Shown: positions 43,828 to 53,818 of the stretch, one piece after another | How positions within the stretch are numbered: the stretch's first letter is position 1 | How the letters are laid out: the number at the start of each line of letters is the position of its first letter | From: Naegleria gruberi | Lineage: Eukaryota | DNA length: 64,000 nucleotides | Strand: one strand, 5' to 3' | NCBI GenBank assembly: GCA_000004985.1 | Contig: GG738864.1 | Notes under the pieces: generated by a model | Told to the model about the DNA's origin: nothing | The model's database searches: none | What the model saw: only the letters and a program-made list of their open reading frames with translations | Program-made: the position numbers and the translations under genes

Positions 43828-44132
43828 TTTTTTTTTGGATTTTTTCTCCGTAAATGAGGTATTCTATTGTTTACAATATTGCTGTCCTTGAAGAGTATTA
43901 GGAGGACTAGTTGTGTAAATTAATTTTAACTTTACATCAACATTTTAATCAACCAGTAGTTCAGTATCATTTTCATATCTCGTTGTAATCCATAAATATT
44001 CACATATTATTATTTACAATATTAAAAATCGAATCTTTTTAGAATCTCGCTTCAAATTATTATCTTTGATAAACAATGTATTCATAGGTACCTACTTGAA
44101 CTTATTTAGCGCTCAAAAACATTAGAAAAAAA

Positions 44133-46672
44133 ATGTCTTCACTGTATAGACCAGCTAAGATTATTGATAGAGATGGCAAGGAGGACAAGACCTACCTGAC
44201 TGATGTGATTCATACATCGGATTCTGTGGTGTGGAGTGGTGATGATGAAGATAGCAGCAGCAATAATGGAAAGAGTCATTCTAAGAGGAGTAATTATTCA
44301 TTGTTGTTTTTTGCAATGGTTGCCCTCCTGTTATCGGTGTATATTTATCAAAGTGATGGAATTAATACAATGAAGAGTGTTGTGAGTTCTGTGATACAGG
44401 ATTCAAATGCTAAAGCTATTAGAAACAAACCACAAAAAGTTCATACAAAAAGATCAAATTTTGTGTCTAAACCAAAAGTTCAAAAATCCGAGCGTTTATA
44501 TGATGTAGTTGATTATGTATATAATTGCAGTAATGATCATTCTGTTACTGAATTGCCTGGTTATGGATCTATTTCAAGAGAAGACGAATCTCTTTATTCA
44601 TTTGCTGGTCATTTATCAGTCCATAGAGAGGATACTAATAAGGACAGATTTGGAGCTTTGTTTTATTGGTTCTTTGGTAGAAAGGATTCTGAAAGACCAA
44701 TCATGCTCTGGCTTCAAGGAGGTCCATCAGCTTCAAGCATGATTGCAGGTATGTTTACAATGAATTTTGAAATAATTTTACAATATTAGCATTTGAGGAA
44801 TTTATTTCACCCTTCTATATTAGTAATTCAACAAATCAATTGAATTTACATTATAATAATCAGTCATGGATTTCACAATGTGATTTATTATTTATTGACC
44901 AACCTGTTGGAGCTGGTTTCAGCTATGAATATCCTACAAATGATTTTACAACCACTAGACATCAAGTATCAAATGATTTATACAGTGTATTACTTAACTT
45001 TTTTGATAAATATCCACAATTCAGAAATAGAGATTTGATTTTTGCTGGAGAAAGTTATGCTGGAAAGTATTTGCCTTCTCTTGCTGAGAGAGTTTATTTA
45101 CTCAAGATGGAAGGAGACGAACCAACTTATGAACCTGTTCAAAAGCATGGTATTCACAAGAGACTCAAAGGTATTATTATTGGAGATGGGTTTACTGCAC
45201 CAATTGTTCAAAGAGTTTTGAAAGCAGATCAAGCTTACTGGAGTGGACTTCTTGGATATCAACAACGTCAACAATTGAAAACCTTGCAAAGAGATTGTGT
45301 CAGACACATTCAAGAGGGAAACACTGTTGAGCTTGGATCTGCATGTGAGGCTGTCAAGTCTTATATTTTAATTGCCTCTGGTGTTATTAATATTTATGAT
45401 ATTAGAACCTTTTCTCCTTCAACTGATAAACCTAGATTGGAAGGCTATCTCAATCAACCAGATGTTAAGAAAGCCCTTCACATTCTTGATAGAGACATTC
45501 CAAACAAACCAGAAGACATCAAATTTTGGTCAACTCGTCCACATCCTGTCTACGACTACCTTAAGGCTGATATTTTGACGGATTTGAGAGATTTGTTACC
45601 TCAAATTGCAGAAAGAACTAAATTATTACTCTATGGAGGTAATTTCGATTTGCAGGATGGACCTCAACCTATTGAAAGATTTTTATTAACAATTAATGAC
45701 CCAATGATTAAGAGATGGGTTGAAGCTCCAAGAAATCTCTTCTTTGTAAATAACAAAGTTGCTGGATATGAAAAGAGCTCTGGAAACTTTTCCTTAGTGA
45801 CAATTTTCGGAAATGGCCACTTTGTACATAGTCAAAAGGACTCTATGAGAGCTTTACTCAAAAAGTTTATTGCCCTAACCTATCAGCCAACTGCTGATTT
45901 GTCATTCTGTTCTGAAAGTGAAACCATTCCTGTAAGGTTCAAGACTCTAACTCCTTCTACCTTCCTCAAATATTTGTACGATAACGAAACTATGGAGCAC
46001 AGAATTCCATGTCAAAGTCAACAATTGATTTGTGAAAAGATTTTGAAGAATTGTAATGGACACGGTACTTGTGTTCATGGATATTGTAAATGTATTCCTG
46101 GATATACTGGAGAAACATGTGAAAATGTGGTTCAAGTCATTCCAATTGGATATGAATCTGAGGAACCATTCGTTATGAAACAACAAGAATTATTCTATGG
46201 AAAAGTTCATTTGGAAGAAAGAAAGGCCATTACAACAGTGCAAGTAAATTGGAGACCAAAGGAAGTGAATGAATTTGACCAACCTCTAAAAGCACCAAAC
46301 TACAAGTATGATTCAGTTTCCAAACCATCATCCAAGATGTGTTTGATTATTAAAAGAGGCTCTCTTCCAAAGATGGATGATTATGACAAAGTTCATTGTA
46401 AGGACTCTCATTTGGATGGTCCTCTTTTAGTTGTTTCGAATAGTACTCAAACTGAAGAAATGAAAGGAAGATTATTCTTTGGAATTGTCAACACACAACA
46501 ATATGAAGTTGAGTGTGAATTGAAAGTTTTATCATGGAATCAAGAGTATTCTGTATTCTTACTGGACGAAACTGTTTCAAAGTTAAATAACGAGAGAAAT
46601 TTCCTTCTAGGAAGCACCATTCTTCTGCTAATAATTGTAATTATTGGTGGATTCATGTTAAAATGTAAATAA
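44133..46672 (+). CDS. Membrane-anchored S10 serine carboxypeptidase-like protein (Kex1-like) with a C-terminal EGF-like Cys motif and a terminal TM helix. Exons 44133-44748 and 44790-46672, intron 44749-44789 (GTATGT..TATTAG, 41 nt)
   Basis: N-terminal hydrophobic anchor YSLLFFAMVALLLSVYIY. S10 motifs WLQGGPSASSMIAG|AFEEFISP...IDQPVGAGFSY, active-site GESYAG, LLYGGNFDLQDG, FGNGHFVH. EGF-like CNGHGTCVHGYCKCIPGYTGETCE. C-terminal TM LLGSTILLLIIVIIGGFML. Junction phase verified. Confidence 0.75.
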
Positions 46673-46725
46673 ATTAATTAGAAATTCTAAATATTATTTA
46701 ATGGAAAAATAACTATTATTCGAAA

Positions 46726-48057
46726 TTAAATTAAGTAAACTTGTTCTTCCATAAAACCAAGAGTTGTGTTTTGGTGTGTGAAACATGATTGTTGGACGCC
46801 AAGTTTTAACTTGTTCCACTTGAATTCAGTAAGAGCTTGCTCAGAATTAGTTGATGGATTAATTTTCATGTTTAAGAATAAAAACCAAGCCATAGCATCA
46901 TCAGCATGTTGGAAAATCAAATCAATAGTTCTATTCTTTCCTGATTTTGTTTTAACTGAAATGGATAAACAGTTTCCACAATCATAACCATTCATTGTCT
47001 TTTCCAAATATCTTTGGAATGTGTTTGTTGAAACGCCATGATAAACAGCAGATACTTGTGAAATATTCAAATGTCTATCCAATAATTGATTGACATTGTC
47101 ATCCTCTTCTTGTGACATTTTTGCAGTTGATGAATGAATTGTTTGAGTTCCCCATCTAATAACATTACCATTCTTTGATAATTGTAAAAATCTCTTCTTT
47201 TCAACACCTGAACAAGCACCTAAATATGGTAATTTCATAACCTTACAACCAAGTTGACATTGATTTAAACTCCAACTATTCCATCGTTTTGAATTTTCAT
47301 CAATCTTTGAAGGAACAATTGGTAAATTCTTTGGAGGTAAAGAAGGAGGAGTACTAACAGTAGCAGTACTAGTAGCTGTCAAATGTTTGTGAACAACATT
47401 CAATTTTGATGGAATTGTCAAATTTGGAGAAGAAACAGGAACTGGTTGACTTTCCTTAGTATCATTTAAAATAGCAGTTGATCCTTGTTTTGCCAAATTC
47501 AAATAATTTAACCATTTCTTTTGTTCATTTTCATCATCACAACAAAGGAAATATTCTCTTCCACTTTTAGTAACAATTTTAATACCAAATCTTTTAACCT
47601 TATTAAATTGAATTGCTTCAACCAATTCAACTCCAAATCTAATACTTATCGAACTGATTGATTCTTGATCAGTTGGATTTTTAAAATAATACAACAAAAT
47701 ATCTGTTGTATTCGAATCGAATGATGTTAATCCGAAACTTGCATTCGATCGACTACTACTTGCTCCACTCACACTTGCTCTTACATTACTACTACTAATT
47801 CCTAATTGTTGTTGTTGTTGATTTAATATTAAATTTAGTGATGAATTTGCTGTTGTGGTCGTTGTTGTTCCTGTCTTGTAGATTAGAATAAAAAAACGTT
47901 TTCTCCACATGACTCCCATCTTACGATCCTGTTTGTTTAACATGCCAGAAATGATGGCATTAGGTGCTTGGGCTACTTCATAGGCTGGCTTGGAGAAATT
48001 GAAGGGTGGATCCTTTTCACCAACAATGAACGAGGACGATGAAGCTGATGATGACAT
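46726..48057 (-). CDS. Protein with two pleckstrin-homology-like domains, 443 aa
   Basis: The N-terminal segment ISGMLNKQDRKMGVMWRKRFFIL fits the start of a PH domain. A second PH-like region lies around GVEKKRFLQLSKNGNVIRWG. Poly-Q/T linker. Confidence 0.55.
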   Translation of the reverse strand: MSSSASSSSFIVGEKDPPFNFSKPAYEVAQAPNAIISGMLNKQDRKMGVMWRKRFFILIYKTGTTTTTTANSSLNLILNQQQQQLGISSSNVRASVSGASSSRSNASFGLTSFDSNTTDILLYYFKNPTDQESISSISIRFGVELVEAIQFNKVKRFGIKIVTKSGREYFLCCDDENEQKKWLNYLNLAKQGSTAILNDTKESQPVPVSSPNLTIPSKLNVVHKHLTATSTATVSTPPSLPPKNLPIVPSKIDENSKRWNSWSLNQCQLGCKVMKLPYLGACSGVEKKRFLQLSKNGNVIRWGTQTIHSSTAKMSQEEDDNVNQLLDRHLNISQVSAVYHGVSTNTFQRYLEKTMNGYDCGNCLSISVKTKSGKNRTIDLIFQHADDAMAWFLFLNMKINPSTNSEQALTEFKWNKLKLGVQQSCFTHQNTTLGFMEEQVYLI

Positions 48058-48779
48058 TTTTTATTGATTGTTTTTTTAGCCTTGGAGACAGGAAATGGTT
48101 TCTACCATGGGTTAATGATGGATGAAAGATCAATTATTGTGGTGGGAGGTTCATTTGGTGGTTAGTTATGTGTGATCAAGTAACGGTCGATTCAGATCTC
48201 TTAATATTTAAAAAGTTTTTTGAAAAATTGAAATTGTTTCAATAATTATGAAAATTATTGGTGTTTAAATTATGACGCAAGCAAATTGTCATCTTTAGAA
48301 TTTGATGAGCTGTAATATTTTATTTCACACACTTCCATGAATCCTTTTAGAACTGGTAATTTTGATTTCAATTCTTCATTTGCTGAAAAATAGAAGTTAT
48401 GGAGACAATGGTGCCACGGTTCGCTTGTTGTGGATTTAGGTATTTTTGAAAAATTTCCTTAAATAATACTCCAGTTGAAAAAAATGATATCAAAACTTGG
48501 TTGATTATCTCAATAAATATAGGAAGGCACACCTTCCTGTTTTTAACGCATGTAGATCAGACTATTATACATCACATTGGTAAGCTATAAGATCTGAGCA
48601 TGTGTGGATCCCAAACCAGAGAGATAATGACAGGTACCAAACCCAACACATGACCAAGAGGTGATACATCTACCAATCCAATCCAATTACATTATTAAAG
48701 CTATCCTAATTTCCAAAATTTCAGTATCATTCTATATTTTCTAAACTGCAAAAGATTTGAAATAAACTAAAATTTTATC

Positions 48780-48850
48780 TCGAACGCCGGGAATTGAACC
48801 CGGGTCGCCAGAGTGACAGTCTGGAATGCTACCACTATACCACGCCCGAT
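48780..48850 (-). tRNA. tRNA-Asp (anticodon GTC), 71 nt
   Basis: Minus-strand sequence TCGGGCG-TG-GTATAGTGGTAGCAT-T-CCAGA-CTGTCAC-TCTGG-CGAC-CCGGG-TTCAATT-CCCGG-CGTTCGA-G folds as a cloverleaf: 7-bp acceptor (two G·U pairs), anticodon loop CTGTCAC, T-arm with GGTTCAATTCC. The D-stem has one A·C mismatch. No encoded CCA. Confidence 0.8.
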
Positions 48851-48945
48851 TACATTGATAACGAAACACGTCCTTAGATCGCCTTACTAACAAACCCGCT
48901 TGACTTTATTGAGGCAATAATTCTTACCATTTATCAAAAATGAAA

Positions 48946-49797
48946 TTATTGTGCAAATTTTACAACTTGATCAAAGTCAATTCCATGTTCAGAAACATCA
49001 TGACTTGGAAAGAATTTCTCCACCTTATCTTTCATTGAATTAACCAATTTCTTTGTGAGTTCAATCGATTCCTTAATATTTGGAGATGATATTGATGGTG
49101 AAAATTCCAACTTGTTCTTTAAATTCATAATTAAATCTAATTTCCAATATTAAATGTTTACACAAATATAAATGTCCTCTATTTCAATTAAAAACTTACC
49201 ACTCCCAATCAAGACTCTATCTTCCTCATGATAAAAACAACAATGACCTGGTGTATGTCCAGGACAATGACAAAATTTCATCTTTCCACATTTCTTTTCC
49301 TCACTAGCTCCATAAGCATTCATAATTTCAGAATGCGAAATTCCAGGAATTCCCAATGTTGGTTGTCCAATCAATTTCTTTGACATTTTAAACACCCAAT
49401 TATCAGATTTTACATTATCAAAATTCGGATGTACCTCTGCCAAAAAATCCACCTCATCTTGATGACATGAAATATGCATCGACTGATCAGAGAGTTCATA
49501 CAAGGCACGTGCACTTCCACAATGATCAACATGATAGTGAGTTAGAATGATGGCATCAATTTCCTTTAAAATTGAAAAATTCTTTTCATCATTAATTTCC
49601 TTGTCGAAGAATTTGGCCAAAGCTTGAATGATTAATTTTTCCGAATTTGGAGGGCCAGCATCGATGAGATAATAACGTGAATTATCTTGAACGAGATAGA
49701 TAGAAACTGGAATGGAAGGGAAGAGAAAATTGGCCTTGTACACTAAATCCAAACGATGAACGTTGTTGGAGAGTTGGTGAAACTCTGGTTGAGACAT
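48946..49797 (-). CDS. Metallo-beta-lactamase-fold hydrolase (glyoxalase II / MBL superfamily). Exons 49797-49200 and 49136-48946, intron 49137-49199 (GTAAGT..ATTAG, 63 nt)
   Basis: HxHxDH motif ILTHYHVDHCGSARAL and downstream CHCPGHTPGHCCF. The two minus-strand ORFs are joined in phase (phase 1) by the intron. Confidence 0.7.
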
Positions 49798-49974
49798 TTT
49801 TTTGTAATCTTTATAGGAAAATATTTTGATTTCTTCCGTTCGTACCGATGGAACTTTTTTATTTCAAATGAAACGCAATGAGACACTATCAAAAATCTTA
49901 TTTTGATTTTCTTGATTTTTAAATAATTGTAATATTTTCTTACAAAATTCAATCAAAAAAGTAAATTAAAAAAA

Positions 49975-50931
49975 ATGATTCGTCTCAACACCAGCACCAG
50001 CACTAACAACAACAATAGTACCAATGGCAGTACTCTAGGAGGAGGAGGACTCAACTCATCACCACAACTCCGATATGGTTGTATTTTCAATAATAAAATT
50101 CATCCACTCCGACAATATTATCAAAACAATCAAATGAATTATGATTTGGAATTGAAGAGAAGTGATGTATTTTCGGAAAGGCTTCATGTACATTTGGTGA
50201 TTCACTTTTTAAGTTTAAATAATATCATTCCGAATGTTACAAGTATTATTTATATTAATGGAAGGTATTATGGTACAATTGATAAGATGAATCAGGCTTT
50301 GGAAGTTGATTTATTATATGAAAATAGTATTTTTGTATCTATTAAGGAAATGAATACTTTAATATTTAATAGTACTTTTAAAGAGGAAAAGTTTCAAAGT
50401 ATTTTGGGAAAATATAAAAATTCATTCTTTGATAATATTAATTTGAATATGGTAAAGAATTATATTAAAAGTGGAAAATTGGGATTGGAATATAATGAAT
50501 TGGACAAGTTTTTAAATGATGAAAATGTTAAATTGAATAATGAAATGAAAAAATTCAAATCAATTATTCAATTACAAACAAGTGATTTGACAGATAAACT
50601 CAATTATCAAACTAAGAATGCAAGTCCAAAGGGTGCTACTAATGATGAACAATTGGTTGAATGGGCTACTAGGCAATTTAAATTAATAGAAGATGATATG
50701 ATGAATAGATACTTGAATATTTTGCAATGTGTGAATATTATGAAACATTTCAATTCAAATATTTTGCCAAATGCTGACCCAAATACTGCCAAGCAAATTA
50801 AACTATTATTTGAACTTATTCAAGACAAATCACTAGATAAGATTTCATCTCCAGAATTGAAAAATCAAAGAAAAGACATTAATTATCTCATTTCTGAAAA
50901 ACTTGAAATTTTGAAAAGAAGTCAAGAATAA
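49975..50931 (+). CDS. Asn-rich hypothetical protein, 318 aa
   Basis: Uninterrupted ORF with coding-like composition. No domain recognised. Confidence 0.4.
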   Translation: MIRLNTSTSTNNNNSTNGSTLGGGGLNSSPQLRYGCIFNNKIHPLRQYYQNNQMNYDLELKRSDVFSERLHVHLVIHFLSLNNIIPNVTSIIYINGRYYGTIDKMNQALEVDLLYENSIFVSIKEMNTLIFNSTFKEEKFQSILGKYKNSFFDNINLNMVKNYIKSGKLGLEYNELDKFLNDENVKLNNEMKKFKSIIQLQTSDLTDKLNYQTKNASPKGATNDEQLVEWATRQFKLIEDDMMNRYLNILQCVNIMKHFNSNILPNADPNTAKQIKLLFELIQDKSLDKISSPELKNQRKDINYLISEKLEILKRSQE

Positions 50932-51102
50932 CATTTCAATAATTAATAAATTATTCATTTGAATTGTTTCCAAGAAACAAGTGCTTTATTGTCTGGTCAA
51001 CTAACTAGCTCAATTTAATCATGCACATAATTCAACTCTTGACCAAAAGTGATTTCTAATCATCATAATGCTCATAATTCCAATAAAATTACTCTTTAAT
51101 TA

Positions 51103-51580
51103 TTATTCATTCTTCATAATCATTACTAATCCAGTCATAATAATAGCATATCCAATATACCACTGATAAGTAATAATTTCACCAAACACGAAAACTCCAA
51201 ACAAGGAAGTAAAAACAAAATTACTAGCCAAATTAGTAGTTGTTGCTGTGAGTGTTGATAATCCTTTCAATGCTCTATTTGAATCAATGCAATCAATACA
51301 CGTTAGTTCAAATAATGAAAACTCACCTCCCCTGAAATACAATCATAAACACTGTCAGTAATATATTCAAACAAAAGAATAAAATCGTTGATTCATTACT
51401 GGATATCATCTTGCCGCAAACACTTGATAAACTTCCTAAAAATCCAGCAATTATTGCATTTCCAAAATGGAGTGAAATTTTATCATCTTTTTTCAAAGAA
51501 GTCTCTTGTTCTTCCTCCTGTTGTGATGATAATTTTGATTGTGATGTTTGTGTGGATGGTTTATCTTGTTGTGATGACAT
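51103..51580 (-). CDS. Small polytopic membrane protein (TMEM42/EamA-like, ~140 aa). Exons 51580-51327 and 51274-51103, intron 51275-51326 (GTGAGT..AACTAAC..AAATAG, 52 nt)
   Basis: Hydrophobic segments ISLHFGNAIIAGFLGSLSSVCG, ILFFCLNILLTVFMIVF, NLASNFVFTSLFGVFVFGEII, IGYAIIMTGLVMI. The splice is phase-consistent. Its ATG lies 3 nt after the stop of the upstream GTPase gene. Confidence 0.5.
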
Positions 51581-51583
51581 TTT

Positions 51584-53044
51584 TTATTTTTTGGTTGCTG
51601 ATTTTCTACGTTCCTCTCTGATCTTGTACTTTACAATGTCTTCATAGGATTTGTATTGTTTGTCACTTCTATTGACCTTATCATCGAGGTGTTTGGTTCT
51701 TTGAACGTACTTGTTTTGCTTTGTCAAGGTACCCATTTGAATTGTGGATATTTTAATGTGCTTCTTTGGAGCAGTTGACTTTGGTGTTGCTTGTTTGGAT
51801 TCAGTTTCAAACTCATCATCATCATTGGAGACTTCTTCCTTTGTTGGTTTGTCTTTTGATTTCTTTTCTGGAGTGGCAATTACTTGTGGAATTTCAATTT
51901 CCTCCTCTTCATATTCGTCTTCCTCTCCACCGAAAATGGCTCCTCGTTCAGTATCATCTCCTTCCTCAAACTCATTAACAGAAATTTCAGAAAACTTTGA
52001 ATTTTCTTCCAATAAATCCAATGATGAAGTCACTGTACTGGCAATAAAGTTTCTAATTTCTGGAATACCATGTCCTCTCTTTGCGCTAGAAAGAATAATG
52101 TTTGGAGAAATGTTGACAGTCTTGGTCATCTTTAACTCTTTCAATTCCCTCAAGAGTAAAATTCTCAAACTCTTGATAACTTCTCCCAATACATTGTAAT
52201 TTTGCTTATCTACTTTCGTCAGAACTATTGTGTATGGAATTTCATTCTTTACCAAATAATGGAAGAATTCCACGTCAGACTTTTTCAATCCAAGAGTTGG
52301 ATTTGTTGCATTTTCTGGATTTTTTGCAATAGCATCTGCAAAATCCTTGATTCTTCTCACATCCAACAACCATAAAGTAATTAAATACTTGTCATAATTC
52401 ATCCTATGTTTAAAATAATCTCTAATTAAAACATGCCATCCTCTTAAAAGTGATTTTGGAACTTTAGCGAATCCATAACCTGGCATATCAACCAAATATA
52501 AATTCAATCTTTTGAGAAGGAAATAATTTAGTGTTTGAGTTCTTCCAGGTGTCTTACTTATTTTCACATCGGTTGCCTTTCCTTTAAATATTGATGAAAC
52601 TAGTGATGATTTTCCGACATTTGACCTTCCAATAATTGCAATTTCAAACTTTTTGTGTGATGTTGTTGGCACTTTATCATAGGATGCCACAAATGAATGA
52701 TCTAGAAAGTAATTATTTCCTATCGAATTTGTCCTATCAATTCCATTCAAAAATTCATTAAATTGAAAACATTTTGAAATAAAATCGGAATCTGGAGTCT
52801 TGTAATTATTTGCTTTAAAAACATTCCACTCATAATCCTCATTCCTCGTTAAACTATTTGACACACAAGTTTTAAAATTAGCAACCATTTCCTTCATCAT
52901 TAAATTGCTCATTGATATCTGAGGATGATGAGTATTGAAACAACCCAACAGATGCTTATTATTCATAAATATTAACTTGGAAACTCTTCTTGGAACGGAA
53001 GAGCACACAGACGAACTCAATCTCTTCATTTTCACTTTTATCAA
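51584..53044 (-). CDS. EngB/YihA (YsxC)-family GTPase, probably mitochondrial ribosome biogenesis (GTPBP8-like), with a Lys/Glu-rich C-terminal extension, 486 aa
   Basis: G1 IAIIGRSNVGKSSLVSSIF, G2/G3 KTPGRTQTLNYF...LVDMPGYGFA, G4 TKVDK. Confidence 0.75.
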   Translation of the reverse strand: MIKVKMKRLSSSVCSSVPRRVSKLIFMNNKHLLGCFNTHHPQISMSNLMMKEMVANFKTCVSNSLTRNEDYEWNVFKANNYKTPDSDFISKCFQFNEFLNGIDRTNSIGNNYFLDHSFVASYDKVPTTSHKKFEIAIIGRSNVGKSSLVSSIFKGKATDVKISKTPGRTQTLNYFLLKRLNLYLVDMPGYGFAKVPKSLLRGWHVLIRDYFKHRMNYDKYLITLWLLDVRRIKDFADAIAKNPENATNPTLGLKKSDVEFFHYLVKNEIPYTIVLTKVDKQNYNVLGEVIKSLRILLLRELKELKMTKTVNISPNIILSSAKRGHGIPEIRNFIASTVTSSLDLLEENSKFSEISVNEFEEGDDTERGAIFGGEEDEYEEEEIEIPQVIATPEKKSKDKPTKEEVSNDDDEFETESKQATPKSTAPKKHIKISTIQMGTLTKQNKYVQRTKHLDDKVNRSDKQYKSYEDIVKYKIREERRKSATKK

Positions 53045-53384
53045 TATTGTCGTGTTTTATATTTCTCTTGTTCTACCCTGCGTCACTCACAGAAGAAAGA
53101 TTCTTCTATCTAATAGGAATATTTGTCGTTGTTGCCTTCTGTTCTCTTCAACCACAAATGACCCAATGTACAATTTTGGTTGAGGTACTTGGGTGGTGTT
53201 TTTTATTAGACTTGTATTTTATTATATAAAATTAATTAAAAATACAAAAAGTTCTAACAAGAGTGGCTCGAGTTGGATACAACAAAGAATCAACTGCCGA
53301 AGAATATTATTGCGAGAATTTTATAGTCAAATAGTTTTACTGTTGCTATCCTAGGATTATCATCACAATCACCATCATTATAAA

Positions 53385-53795
53385 ATGCAAACTCAAGTAC
53401 AGGAAAAACCAGTGGAAGATAAGAACGTAGAAGCTGAAGATGACTCATCATCATCCGATGACGAGGAAGAAACCACCAAGGTACCATTGAAAGAAAGAAT
53501 TATCAAATATGCCAAAAAGACCAAAAGAGACACAAAATATTTGATTTTCCATAGAACCAAGGGTAGAAGCTATTTCTGTTCAAATACTTGCGGATTTTGG
53601 TGTTCTCAACTTTTCTTCCTGATTTTCCTCTATGTTGTTTTGACTGGATTCTTCCTTGCTTATATGGCTATTGGTTCTGAAATGATGCCATTCACATTCT
53701 TTTTCTTAAAATACAGAGATCCTAATGATGTACCTGCCCCTCTTGAATCTAGACAATACTTTGGTTCTTCAAACAATACAAACTCCACTAAATAA
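53385..53795 (+). CDS. Small protein with acidic N-terminus and one or two TM helices, 136 aa; unknown
   Basis: ORF with DDSSSSDDEEE tract, then CSQLFFLIFLYVVLTGFFLAYMAIG. No family assigned. Confidence 0.35.
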   Translation: MQTQVQEKPVEDKNVEAEDDSSSSDDEEETTKVPLKERIIKYAKKTKRDTKYLIFHRTKGRSYFCSNTCGFWCSQLFFLIFLYVVLTGFFLAYMAIGSEMMPFTFFFLKYRDPNDVPAPLESRQYFGSSNNTNSTK

Positions 53796-53818
53796 ACAAC
53801 TTTATTGAGATAGAAATA

